Source of the DNA: Vicugna vicugna
Lineage: Eukaryota
Direction: 5' to 3'
NCBI GenBank assembly: GCA_013265495.1
Contig: MU058540.1
Span: forward strand, 3,063,696 to 3,123,695
Length of the DNA: 60,000 bases
Below the pieces are notes generated by a model, which was not told where the DNA came from, ran no database searches, and saw only the letters and a program-made list of their open reading frames with translations. Each line of letters starts with the position of its first letter. Positions within the stretch are counted from its first letter, which is position 1. A program made the position numbers and the translations under genes. This document shows positions 25,947 to 37,969 of this stretch, piece after piece.

Positions 25947-25977
25947 GTCCCAGGAGGAAATGATCTCCTGGATGCAG
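25947..25977 (+). CDS. FGD2: FGD2 exon 11, 31-nt micro-exon (SQEEMISWMQ; PH C-terminal helix with the conserved Trp)
   Basis: Acceptor ttcccgagcag|, donor CAG|GTAACA; restores frame between exons 10 and 12. Confidence 0.92.
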
Positions 25978-26387
25978 GTAACAAAACGCTCCAGGGCCCC
26001 TATGATTCCGATTTCCCTACCCCGGCTGCGGGGGAGGAAGGGGTGCACAGCGCGTGCACGTCCTCCACCCAGGCGCTTCCTACTTTTCCTCAGCGTTGCT
26101 CTGTGGTAGTTTAGAGTTAGACCAGGGTTTAAATCTTGCTGTCTCACTGCCTAGCTGGGTAGCCAGGGGTAAGTCATTTAACATCTCTGAGCCTTAGTTT
26201 TCACTTCTGTAATCTGGGGCTAATAGTTTTTCCTCCCTAAAGCCAACGTACGTTTAGAATCCAGTGTCCAGCACCCAGTAAGTTTACAGCAGTATTTGTT
26301 GAATGTGTGGGTAGTTGGACAGATGAACAAGCCCTCCTCGCCCTCCTCGCCGCCCCCATAACCACTGCATGATGCCCAACCCCTCAG

Positions 26388-26480
26388 GCCTTCCAAGCAG
26401 CCATTGACCAAATCGAGAAGCGGAATGAAACCTTCAAGGCTGCAGTCCAGAGCCCTGGGGGAGACCCTCAGGAGCAGGAG
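26388..26480 (+). CDS. FGD2: FGD2 exon 12 (AFQAAIDQIEKRNETFKAAVQSPGGDPQEQE)
   Basis: Acceptor cccctcag|, donor GAG|GTACTT; 93 nt. Confidence 0.93.
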
Positions 26481-27102
26481 GTACTTGAAGGCTCTGCATC
26501 CTTTCCGGAGCCACCAGCCTCACAGGAAATGATTCCCTCTCTTTGCTCTATCCAGGCCAGCTTTGAGGGCTGGCCAGCGTTACCCACCAGAGGAAGCCCA
26601 CGCATCCTAACATTGCCGTACTCAGAAACTCAGTGCCAGAGGCCCACGTTAGCAAAAAATTTCTTTGGGAGACTCTATGTGCTATATGCCTAGGAAAGAT
26701 TTTACTCTATGTATAATTCTGGCTGGTGGGGGGTGGAGGGGTGCGCGCGCGCAGATTTGGGTTTTGAAAGTGCCTGAAAAATGTGAGACTAAGGGAAGGT
26801 GGAAGGAAGGTGGGGTGTTAGCGGGGTAGTGCCTATGACTTGATTTGAGATCTGAGCTGTGGGTTGCTGGGTGTTCTTGCTAAGTCCCTTGACCTCACTG
26901 GGCTTTAGTTTCCTCACTTGTAGAATAGGAAAAATAGTAACTGACCTAAAATATGGTCTTTATCAGTTCAGTCCACTTCATGTGGGAGCCACTGGGAAGC
27001 ACAGCACACGTAATCCCTGCCTCAAGCAGGTGGGCAGAGGGCTCAGGGCCTCAGGGAGTGGGCCGAAGAGGGACGTGAAGTGCCCGCCCTGCTGCCCCAC
27101 AG

Positions 27103-27234
27103 CTGCAGTCCGAGGAGCTAGGCCTCCGAGCGCCACAGTGGGTCCGGGACAAGATGGTGACCATGTGCATGCGCTGCCGAGAGCCCTTCAACGCCCTGAA
27201 GCGCCGTCGCCACCACTGCCGGGCCTGCGGCTAT
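27103..27234 (+). CDS. FGD2: FGD2 exon 13, FYVE N-half ([44 protein letters not shown])
   Basis: Acceptor ccccacag|, donor TAT|GTGAGT; 132 nt; WxxD and RRHHCR FYVE signatures. Confidence 0.96.
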
Positions 27235-29959
27235 GTGAGTACTCAAGCCGCACTGCACCCCGCCCCACCTCGGCCTCCGCCTCCCACTCCCTGCCATCTC
27301 TGCCCACTTGACCTATGGGCGCTAACTCTGGGCAGGACACGTGAGTTCTCTTGTTTGGACCTCACAAGTGCCTACCTGGGAAGTGAGCCTGCTCTTAGCC
27401 CGCGCAGGTGGAACAGGAGGCTCACACAGGTTAAGCTACTCTCTCAAGACACTCGCCAAAGCTGACCCTACTAATTGGTCTGCGTCCCAAGACCCCCAGG
27501 GCCCAGGAACAAGAAATGGTCTCCAGTTCCAGGATGGGGGCATCCAAACCCATCAGCCCTTCTCGAGCCTTGCACCCACCACCTCATCAGCCCCATGCCT
27601 GACACAAGCCTTCCCCTTGCTGTTCTCTCTTCTTTTTTTTTTTTTTCTGCCATCCTCTCTTCTTGACTGACCTCAGCTGACGGTCCCCTCTTCTTGGCAA
27701 GCCCTCAGCACTCCAGCATCTGGTCGGTTCTGCTGCTACCTCTCTCCTCCATGTTCAAGCCTCCATTTCCTCAGCTATACGATGGGGATTATTAATATGT
27801 ACCTCCAGGATGGTAGTGAGGAATCAACAAGAGAAGGTTCACCCCCTTCCCTCTCCTTGTCTTTCTTTCCTTCCCCCTCCTCAGTTGCTCAGGCAGCCTC
27901 ATTCAGAGGAAGAGCTACCAGCTGACTGAGGAAGAAACCACGCCCATGCCTCCCTCTTATCAGCTCAGGCCCAGTTATCAGAGGCAGACCTTGCTTTGCT
28001 TTTTAAGCACCTGCTGTATTTGAGCTGTTCTCTGTTGACCCCTCCATTTACTCTGCAAACAGAGAAGCCCTTTATGACCTCAGTCTTTAATGATCTTGGG
28101 ACAGTAGGAGACCAGCTAGGCAGGTTGGGGCTAGTCAGGGAGGTGTCCCCAAAGTGTGTTATACTGTAATCAGGACACAAAGTAAATTTCTAAGACTGGG
28201 ACACACCTATGTTCAGATGTAACTTCCATCCCAGAGCCAAATAGAAAGGATCCAGGGATTAGCTACCATTTTTGGTGAGTCACATCTGTAAATAAGAGTT
28301 GAGTCGATTCACACTTGCAACTTTGTAAGTATTCCTAAAAAATTATTTTAAATAGTTAAGAAATGCAAAGAACAATATAGCAACACCCTCATACTGCCTC
28401 CTAGATACAGGAAAGAAATGAAATATTTTGAGAACTAAATGAAATGTATGACCCTTGATCAGGTCCTGCATGGGAAAAACAGAAGTCATTATTGGGCCCA
28501 TTGGGGCAAATTTGATTATGAGGCATATATAGATAATAATATTGTATTGTGTTAAATTTCCCCGGTGTGGTCATGACATTGCAGATATGCAGAAAAATGC
28601 CTTTGTTTTTTGGAGACACCAGCTACATATTTAAGGGTGAAGTGTCATGATGACTGTAATTTATACTTTGGTTCAGAAAAATAACACACATGTATACATA
28701 CACACATAAGGAAATCAAATGTGGCAAAAATGTTCACAATTGGTGGATTTCAGGGGGTATCATTGTATCATCCTTTCAACTTCAAGTTTTAAATTTTTCA
28801 AAATGAAAAGTTGGTAGAGGAGATAATAAATACACACTAATAATACTTTAAAATTTTAAATCTCCATTAAAAAAAAATACTCCCAAGGTTGTTGAAGCCC
28901 CATGTACGGGTTGTGTGAGGCATCCTTGGCCTGATTCTGGGGTTTCTCGTGCCCGTGCGAACCTTTGTACTCTGTGAGTCATCCTTTCGGTGGTTGGGTG
29001 CCCAGTTTCTGCCAAGCCGCCTGCCAGACGGGAATCCTAGTGAAGGTGGGGCAAGCCCAGGCCTTGTCCTGCGGGTCCCTCCCAGGCCATGTGCTGTGCT
29101 GGGCACCCAGGCGAGCTCCCTAATGAGTAATTTTTCCTCCTCGTCTCTATTTCCTGCTCCCCATTTCCATTCCCACATCCCAGACACACTGTGACACCCC
29201 AGTCTTCCTGGAAGTCACATCCTGCAGCACCTGTGTTTCTCCCCGAGTCTTCTCATGCCTCTCACTTGGTCACCTCCATATGATCCACAACGGCCTTCTT
29301 GGGGGCTTCTCCATGGTGGGCTGGCGAGTGGGCCTCACTCCACAGACTACACATGGCAAGTCTCGCTGTCAAAAACAACCAGCCCATCATTTTTGCATCA
29401 GAACACGCTCAACTCTAGGAGTGAGTGGACTGTAAAATCTGCATGAATCTTAATGCTAAACTGTGGAACTTTAAAGACATGTTCTGTCTAGGGAGGGCCA
29501 ATTGCTGCCAGTGAGCTTTGTGGCCCTCAGCAAGTCACTGCCCCCTCACTGTTAGGTAAGGGTAATAGCCCCAGCACTGGTCGCCTAGTGGAGTCGCTGT
29601 GATTCAGGTGAGGTGGCAGAGGGGAGAGCCAGCACCCAGAGAAGTGCTCAGATGTGAGGGCTGTGCTCAGGGCAAGCCCCCGGGATCAATAGCTGTCCTC
29701 CCAAAGGTGTTCTAAAGGGAAGAGAAGCTGAAACCCCTGCTGTGGGGGCCAGATCTCTAGCCTCCAGCTGGGGGATCCCAGAATCTGAGCTCTCCCCATG
29801 TACTGCAGCCTCCAGGCAGCTGGGCCTCTGCCTCTGTCCCTCTTCTGAAGCTTGCTTTTTCTTCCTCTGGTCCCTGGTTGCTCTGCCGCCCCACCTCACA
29901 AACAGGAAACTCTTTGCCTCACTTCAGCCCTCAAACCCCTCCTGCCCATCCTCCCACAG

Positions 29960-30106
29960 GTGGTGTGTGCCAGGTGCTCCGACTACCGGGCTGAGCTCAA
30001 ATACGACAGCAACAGGCCCAACCGAGTCTGCTTGGACTGCTATACCTTCCTCACTGGAAACGTGCTCCCTGAGGACAAGGAAGACAAGAGACGGGGCATC
30101 CTGGAG
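29960..30106 (+). CDS. FGD2: FGD2 exon 14, FYVE C-half (VVCARCSDYRAELKYDSNRPNRVCLDCY...RRGILE)
   Basis: Acceptor ctcccacag|, donor GAG|GTGAGG; 147 nt; RVC motif. Confidence 0.96.
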
Positions 30107-31293
30107 GTGAGGGCCATTCCTCTGCCCAGCAAATGTGTGCGGGGCCCCACCACATGCTGGCATTGTCCTCAGTGCTGAGAATAAGCCTGCTGAGGTCACA
30201 CTCCCCTTCCTTCTCTCTCTGCCCACAAACATCCTCTCTGATCCCACTCCTTCAGTAAAATAGAACTGGGCCTGTCACTAAATGGTAGCAACTTTTGGCT
30301 CCAGGCTTTCATCTAAGTTCTCCACCTCTCCTTTCTGTCCCCATCCAATAATTGCACAGCCTCTCTGGACTGTTCCTGTTCATGTCCCCGTGCCCTGCCC
30401 CAACAGCCCTAGGAGGGAAAGAGAGCTGATGTTCCATTATACAGATGGGGAAACTGAGGCTCCAGGTAAGGGTCCCTCTGCTTGAAAGAGGCAGACTGGA
30501 GACTCCATTCTAACTGGAATGGACTTCAGGGACCAGCTGGTTCTATCCCATGGAGACCCAGGCCCAGAGAAGCAACTCTCCCAAGGTCACACAGCGAATT
30601 AGGAGCCAGCTCTCTGATCTCTGCCACAGATGTTCTCCTGCTGCCCTTGGGGCTGAGTCACTCCCCACCTCCACAGTCTCTCAGGCTGCTCCTGCTGCTG
30701 GTGGTGCTTCTAGGCATTAGCTGTGTTCAGCTTTGTGCTGCAGATACAATGTTACCTAGCCCAGGGACTGGTTACCACTGCCTCTGTGCCCCTCACTCAT
30801 TAAAGGCCAGGTTGATCCCATTGTCCCTGGGGGTGGGAGAAGACCCCACGCTATTCCAGCTGAACTCAGCTCCCAGGTTCAAGTTGATTCCTTTGCACCA
30901 ACATCTGCCTGCTTTCCAATCCTCCCCATTCTTCTAGGTTCAGCCCCTGTCCATGTCCTCCCTGACTACTAGTCCACACAGCTTGCTCCTGGAAAGAGGG
31001 GATGGTCTGCCCTTTCTCAAGCTCCAGTTCTTCTCCCTGGGGCAACTCACAGGTGATAAGCCCTCCTAGCACGTGCCTCGAGTTCAGGCTGGCTGGGGTT
31101 TGACCGCCGCTCTGCCACTGGCCAGCTGTGTGACTTCAAGTCCACGATGGGATATTTCTGAACCTTGGGAACAAATAACCCCTCCTTGCAGGCTTGCTAT
31201 TAGGATTAGAAATAATGATTTTTGAGCCCCCAGCCCAACATCTGTCACATAGTGGGTGATGTGTTCCCTGACAGTCCCTTTTTCTGGTTTTAG

Positions 31294-31440
31294 AAAGGAT
31301 CTGCGGCAGGGTCCGAGCAGAGCCTAATGTGCAGCTTCCTGCAGCTCGTCGGGGACAAGTGGGGCAAGAGCGGGCCCCGGGGCTGGTGTGTGATCCCCCG
31401 GGACGACCCCCTTGTACTCTATGTCTATGCTGCCCCTCAG
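31294..31440 (+). CDS. FGD2: FGD2 exon 15, PH2 (KGSAAGSEQSLMCSFLQLVGDKWGKSGPRGWCVIPRDDPLVLYVYAAPQ)
   Basis: Acceptor ggttttag|, donor CAG|GTAATG; 147 nt. Confidence 0.95.
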
Positions 31441-31785
31441 GTAATGCCACTACCCACCACCTCCAGACCTTGGCCCTCTCACAGTACCTGGGTGCATTGA
31501 GGGTGGGATGAGGGTGTACACTGTTGGCCCCATATACAAGATGAGGAAACTGAGGCCCAGGGGATACCTGGTTCCCTCGAGTCACAGGGTTAGTGGCTTT
31601 CAGAACTGGACCCAGACTCCAGGGAACAGTTCTCTTCCTTGATGCCCTCCCGCCAGCCCACCCTACTTCATGGGTGTCTGGGAGTGAGAGGCAGGTGTGT
31701 GGCTAGTATCTTCCCATCAGCCGTCTGAGGCAGTGTGGCACCAAATGGGAGGGCAGTGGCCCATGGCTCTCTCCTCCCCTCCCAG

Positions 31786-32001
31786 GACATGCGGGCTCAC
31801 ACCTCCATCCCCCTGCTGGGCTACCAGGTGACCACAGGATCCCAGGCAGACCCCAGGGTCTTCCAGCTGCAACAGTCAGGCCAGCTCTACACCTTCAAGG
31901 CTGAAACCGAGGAGCTAAGGGGCCGCTGGGTGAAAGCCATGGAGCGGGCAGCCAGTGGCTGGAGCCCCAGGGGGCCCAACGACGGGGACCTGTCTGACTG
32001 A
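31786..32001 (+). CDS. FGD2: FGD2 last coding exon (DMRAHTSIPLLGYQV...WVKAMERAASGWSPRGPNDGDLSD*)
   Basis: Acceptor cctcccag|; 216 nt to TGA; matches ORF-track 31735..32001. Confidence 0.96.
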   Translation, partial: DMRAHTSIPLLGYQVTTGSQADPRVFQLQQSGQLYTFKAETEELRGRWVKAMERAASGWSPRGPNDGDLSD

Positions 32002-32171
32002 ACCACAGCTGGCCACTGTCCCCCTCAGAGCCCAGCTCTTGCCATGGGGTGACTCTGCAGCTGACCCACCACTCCAAGCTGAGCTTTCAAATAATCGATT
32101 TCTAGTTGTCTGTGCTCACACTGTGTGTCCTGATTTGGGAATCAGAAAACCTGGGTCCATTCCTTTGGGGA

Positions 32172-32490
32172 AGGGGTAATGAAGTATCCTAGTTTGCCCA
32201 GGGCTGAGGGGCTTCCTGGGACATGGGACTTTCAGTGCTAGAACTGAGAAAGTCCCATGTAACCCAGGACTGGTGGTCACCAGCGTGGTTCTCAGCTTGG
32301 GCTGCGCATTTGTATCACCTGGGGAGCTTTAAAAAATACCAATGAAAAGATAAATACAAAAATAAGCTAAAAATTAAAAAAAAAACCAATGCCTGTGTCT
32401 ATCACCGAAGATTTCTGATTTGACTGTTCTGGGACAGAGAGGCATGGATATGTTTTAGGGATACCCACGAGTCTGATGTGCAGCCTGGAT
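32172..32490 (+). mobile_element. Adjacent MER94-like and MER5A-like DNA-transposon MITEs in the likely FGD2 3' UTR
   Basis: agtttgcccagggctgaggggcttcctgggacatgggactttcagtgctagaactgagaaagtccc...tggtcacc (MER94-like), then gtggttctcagcttgggctgcgcatttgtatcacctggggagc (MER5A-like). Confidence 0.6.
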
Positions 32491-33308
32491 TCCCTAGATG
32501 AAGCAGAAAGCAGGCAAACTACCAAGTGCCAAGCACGAGAGTAGTAACAGTAATAATAAATATCAAACATTTACTGGGGCATGCACTATTCTAGATGTTT
32601 TATGGGGACTATCTTGTTTTACCCTGAGAACTTGTAATCCCCATTTTCCAAATGAGGACACTGAGTTTTCGAGAGGTTTAGTCATTGGCTCAAGGTTACA
32701 TAGCTGGTGGATGCCAGAGTGAGGTTTTAACCTGGTGCACTAAGATCAAAGCTCTGTTTATCAGGTACCAGAGCAATAGGCCAAGCAGAAAAGGAGGCGA
32801 AAGAGTGAAGAAAAGGGGGGAAGACAAGAGGGAAAAGGTGGGGGCAGGAGAGTAGGGCAGGAGCACCTCTGGCCCTTTGGCTGGTGAACGAGGCTGCTTT
32901 TTCATAGGAGACCACTAGGGGGTGACAGTGACCAGCAGGCCACATGCAGGGGCCCCAGCCTGGGCTGTGACACCCTAACCTGCTTCCATCAGGCTCAGCT
33001 GCTGCTGGGCTCTGCCCTTGAAAAAGAAACAGACAATTCATAGATCTTTGCCCTTTTCCAGACTCACACTGTTTGCTCTCCCACCCCTAACCTGAGGCCA
33101 CCTCCCTTCTGTAGGGTATTTTAAAAAGCTTAAGAAAACCTAGTTGGCACAGTCTGTCTGGGGACCAGGCTGGCCTGGCCGTAAGTTCATCCCTTCGTTC
33201 AGCAGGTATTTGTTAAGCACCTTCTGTGAGTCAAGTGCACGTCCTGTGCTGGGGACAGAGCCATTACGGAGACAGACAAATTTCTGCCTTTGTGGAGTTT
33301 ATAGTCTT

Positions 33309-33399
33309 TTTCTTTTTTTTTAATGGAGGTACTGGAAATTGAACCCAGGTCCTCATGCATGCTAAGCACACACTGTACCACTGAGCTATTCCCTCCACG
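33309..33399 (-). mobile_element. tRNA-derived SINE, camelid Vic-1-like, inserted in an L2
   Basis: Reverse strand ggagggaatagctcagtggtacagtgtgtgcttagcatgcatgaggacctgggttcaatttccagtacctcc plus A tail (A and B boxes); about 17-bp TSD gtggagtttatagtctt / gtagagtttatattctt. Confidence 0.85.
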
Positions 33400-35590
33400 G
33401 TAGAGTTTATATTCTTATTCAACAAAATAAGTACATAAAATGTAGAGCATATCAGATGTCATAAGTGCTTTAATAGAGTGACAAATCAAACCCCTCAGTT
33501 CCAGGCAAACCAGAATGGTTGGTCACTCCAGCAAAAGAAAAGCAAGAAAGGGAGCAGAGGGGGAAAGAAGGGTGTGTGTGTGTGTGTGTCAGTTTTTAAA
33601 GGAAAATCAAGGAAGACCTCACCAAGAAGTCAGTGTTTGAAAAACAACCTCAAGGAAAGAAGGAAGGGAGGAAAACACAGTTATCTAGTTGAAGAGCATT
33701 CCAGTTGGTGGGAACAGCAAGTGCAAAGGTCCTGAGGTGGGAGCTTGCCTCTGTGCATGCAAAGGACAGTGAGGAGGTCAGTGCGGCTGGAGCAGAGTGG
33801 GCAGGAAGGTCAGAAGGGAAGACATCAAATCATCAGTAAACTAAGGGCAGGGGTTGGGGGAGGCAGGCTGAATGAGATAGGGAGTCACTGGGGGTCTGAT
33901 CTGTTTTAGCAGACCCTATTCTTGTGCTTATTGAAATAGACTAAAAGCTATGAGGGTAGAAGCAGTTTAGAGGCTGTCACAACAATCCAAGTGAGAGGGG
34001 AGGTGGCTTACATCAGGGCTGGTGGGGAGGGATTGGATTCTGGATTTACTTTGAAGGTAGAGTGGAAGAGACTCCCTTACACAGTGAACATGGCAGGAGA
34101 AAAGGAGGGATCGAAAGGTGACTCTAAGGCCTCCGACCTGAGAACGTGGGGGATGGAGCTGCCACTAACTGAGATGAAGAGACTGTGGAAGGAGCAGACT
34201 GGGGAGCAGCAATCTGCCAGGGGCTCTGTCATAGACAGGTTAGAGCTGAGGTGCCCACTCAAGGTCGTGGCCAGTGGGTAGGTATCTGAGCTCAGGCACC
34301 AGGTCTGGGCTGGGGGTGTAAATGTGGGAGCTGTCTTCCAGACGTGGGGTTTAAAGTGCATGTGAAACAGGAAAAAGAAGGGGTCCAAGGACTGAGCCCC
34401 TTGCACCCTAACAAAATTCTAAGCATTGGCACCCTGACATTCTAACTGCACACACCCCACCATTCTAACCCTTTTGACCTGCAGTTATAATTCTGAGAAT
34501 TTACCCTGAAGAGACAGATCAGTGTGACAAGACTCATGCACATTGTTTACAATAGTCCCCCAAATTGGACACTAGTCCTACAAATTGTAAACATCCATCC
34601 AAAGGAGACTCAGCAAATAAACGGGTGCCCCTCAAGAGGGAACTCATGGCAACCTGCTGCACACACAAAGTGGAGAGCTGTGCGGCTGTTCAATGGAAAG
34701 GCTTAGATCTTAGTGTGCTGACCTGGGAAGATGCCTGTGAGGTGTTAAGTGAGCATTGCCTACAGAAGGAGCTAACTTTTTTTTTCTCTACTGTTATTAA
34801 AATATTTTTATTGTGAAATTTGCCATACACACAGAAAAGGGAGACATACACACAAAATTAAGGATTATAATATGATAAAGCAAAATAATAAACCATCAGC
34901 TGTGTTACAACACAGAACATTAACAATATCTTAGAGCATTTCTGCATGCCACCCCCAGATCTTATCCCCTTCGTGCCTTCCTCTCAATTTTTATGGTAAG
35001 GGGTCCTGTGGTTTTCTTTGCGTTTTTCTACATGTATTTGTATCCTTACACAATATATTCTTTAGCTTTGCCTTTCTTTAAATTTTGTATCAGTGGAAAT
35101 ATTCTATATGTATTGTTTTATTTTCATTCCGTTCCATTGGTCTTTTATTTTCCCAAAAGAAGAATTTGTTGTCTAATATTCTTTTATAATAGCCTTGATA
35201 TCTGGGAGGGCACATCTCCCAGTGTTTATTTTCGTCAACATTCTCTTGACTATCCTTGTCCATTTTCTCTTTCATTTGAATTTAAAGATAAATGTAAAGT
35301 TTCATAAAAAGTCCTGTTGGTATCATAGTTACATTGACTTTATAGATTACTTTTGGCAGATGTGACATATTTATGACATAAAGTGTTCTAATTTATGTCC
35401 ATGATATGTCTTCTCATTTATTTCAGTCTTGTTTTATATCCTTTGATGATATTTAGTTCTGTTCTCTTTTGTCTTTTTTAGGTTTATTTCTAAGGACCTC
35501 ATTCTTATTGTAAATAGGAACTTAAACATTTATATTTTATAATAGGATATTTGGTGATGAACATACTGTTGATTTTTATTTGTTTATTTG

Positions 35591-36012
35591 TGTATAGTTA
35601 TCTGTTGCTGCTACAAAAAGGTATCACAAATGTAGTATTTTTAAAACAGCATACATTTCTTGTTGTACAGCTTCAAAGGTCACACTGGGCTAAAATGAAG
35701 ATGTCAGTAGGGTTGTGTTCCTTTCTGGAGGCTCTAGGGAGAATCTGTTTCCTTGCCTTTTCCCACTGTCTGGAGGCCATTTCCTTGGTTCATGGTCTTC
35801 TTTCATCTTCAAATGGAAGCAACATTGCTTCTCCCTGACCTTCCTTTCATTGTCACATCTTCCCTTTAAAGGACCATGGAGTTGGATTGGACCCACCTTG
35901 GATAATCCAGGGCAATGGCTCCAGTTCCAGGCCCTTGACCTTAATCACATCTGCAAAGTCCATTTTGCCATGCGAGGTAGCACATTCACAGATTTGGGGA
36001 ATTAGGAGGTGG
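35591..36012 (-). mobile_element. MLT1 (C/D-like) LTR
   Basis: ggaggctctagggagaatctgtttccttgccttttccc...ttaatcacatctgcaaagtcc typical of MLT1. Confidence 0.75.
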
Positions 36013-37969
36013 AAGGAGCTAGCATTTTTAAATACTGTGTGTCAAGCACTGAATTTAGGCCTTGGTGGAGATTATTGCATTTAATTCTTGATAACATTAG
36101 AAGTAGACACTATATCCAAATCCTCATCTTACAGATGAGGAAACTGAGGTGTTAATGGTGAAGGACCTTGCCTGTGGTCACATAACATGGGGTAGAAGGG
36201 GCAGCATTTCAAACCACTGGGCTGTAGAATGTTTGTTCCTGCTTGGATGAAGATATTTTAGATCTGCACCATTTAGAGGGGTACAGAACACACTTTACAT
36301 GTGGCTGTTTTTCTTTCTTCTTTAGCTGCTTCTGTGGTATTTGAATTTTTTTGTCCATATGATGTATTCTATAATCACAACACCAAAAGTACCTTTCCCG
36401 TGTTAAGGGAAAAATAAAGGAAGAACCAAAGGAAGACTCACCTGCCCTGCCCTCCTTCCCAGGGACCTGACCTGCCACCACATGGGGTCACTAGATATCA
36501 GTGCCAGAGCCGAGGTGGTATGCTCCAGTGGCCACTAGGAAGTGCAGCCTAGAAGCACCCAGCCAGAATAGAGTCCCTTATTCCACAAATGAGTATGAAG
36601 ATGTGGAAATGTGCAATGACCAGGGGGAGGAGCAGAGCCTAGACCTGACAGAACTCAGGGTCCAACCAGAAAGCCACTGAGAGAGTGCTGTCCTCAAGGC
36701 TCTTCTGGGAGCTCAAAGGGGTCTGTGCCACCTGGGGATGTCCCTGACCTTCCCTGGCTGCACCTCACCCTGGATTCACTCACCCAGTGACCCTATTTGT
36801 CCCAGGGTCCAGCTCCATCAGGCAGTGAAGACCCTAAGGGCTTCAAATTTTCACTACTGAAGGTCCTTACTTCTAAAAGGCTGGAAGCTCCCCTAACAGT
36901 CTGGTGGCTCTGGTGCCCACATGCCCCGACCCTGGAAGGGGAGCTCAGGGGCAGGAGAGAAGGCTGACAGATGCCAGGGTGGGGCACCTTTGGAAGGCCT
37001 GCCTAGTGGACCCCAACTCAGCAGAAGACCTTGCCTCTCCCTGCCTTCCCTCCTTGGAAATCTCCCTTCTGCAGGCCAGGCACAAGGAGTTGGCCCTGGT
37101 GCTCTGGGAATGGCATTCACTCATTCATTCATTCATTTCTTCCCACGTTCATCCTTGCCAGCACTATTGAGTATTTACCACACAGGGAGCACTCAGCATA
37201 CGTCATCTCATTCATTCAGTAACAGTCTTTTGGCATCAGTTCAAGTGTCTGCATTTTACAGATGAGGAAGGTGAAACCAAGCAAGGCTAAATAACTTGTC
37301 CGTGGTCACCTAGCCTCTAAGTAATGAGCCTAGACTCAAATTCTAGCTCATCTGATTCCAAAGTCTGCCCCTTGACAGCACTGGGGGGCAGTATCTCTTA
37401 GCAATTAGTGGATCCAGGCCACCACACAGATCTGCCACTTACTGGCTATGTAGTCTTGAGTGAGACTTCATTACTGTGGGCCAGGGTCTTCTCACCTGTT
37501 AAGGGGGTTAATCATGGTCCTACCTCCCTGGGGACTGGGGGTGGAGGGGTCAACTGAATGACTCTGTGTCCAGCACTCAGAACAGTGGTGGCCACATGTG
37601 ATTATTACAGTCCTTCAGTTTCATATTGTGCCATCTGCCTCCGTGTGCTGTAGGGCACACATGGAGTATCTGGGAATACAAAGTTGAATAAATCATAGTC
37701 CCTGCTCTTAGGGAGCTCAGTGTCTAGGCCATTTGAGTCACCTGGGAAGCTTTTGAAAAACTTAATGCCCAGGCCGCACCCCAAGGCCATTAAATTAGAA
37801 CCCCAGCTGTGACATCAGCATTTTAAAGCTCACCAGTGATGCACAGGTCCCTCAGAGCAGGACCATTTCTTGAACTCAGGAGCCCTGGCCCTGTTCCCCA
37901 AGAGTTCCCAGGGGTGGTTAGTCTGAGTGGGGCGTATGGGAAGTGGCCTTACAGTGGCACTAAATGAGT

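Larger units (their letters stand above)
11251..32001 (+). other. FGD2: FGD2 gene, coding span (16 coding exons, 1974 nt CDS, 657 aa; DH-PH-FYVE-PH CDC42 guanine nucleotide exchange factor)
   Basis: Hand-spliced exons give one continuous ORF from MEGASKEEKLASVFNLVTVFENSR to KAMERAASGWSPRGPNDGDLSD*, closely matching the mammalian FGD2 protein as I recall it. Exon phases are consistent across all 15 introns. Confidence 0.97.

Noticed and set aside
29205..29213. Isolated GAS motifs (TTCCTGGAA here; also TTCCTAGAA at 52495)
   Set aside because: Single TTCnnnGAA matches occur about once per 4 kb by chance; no comparable supporting cluster.
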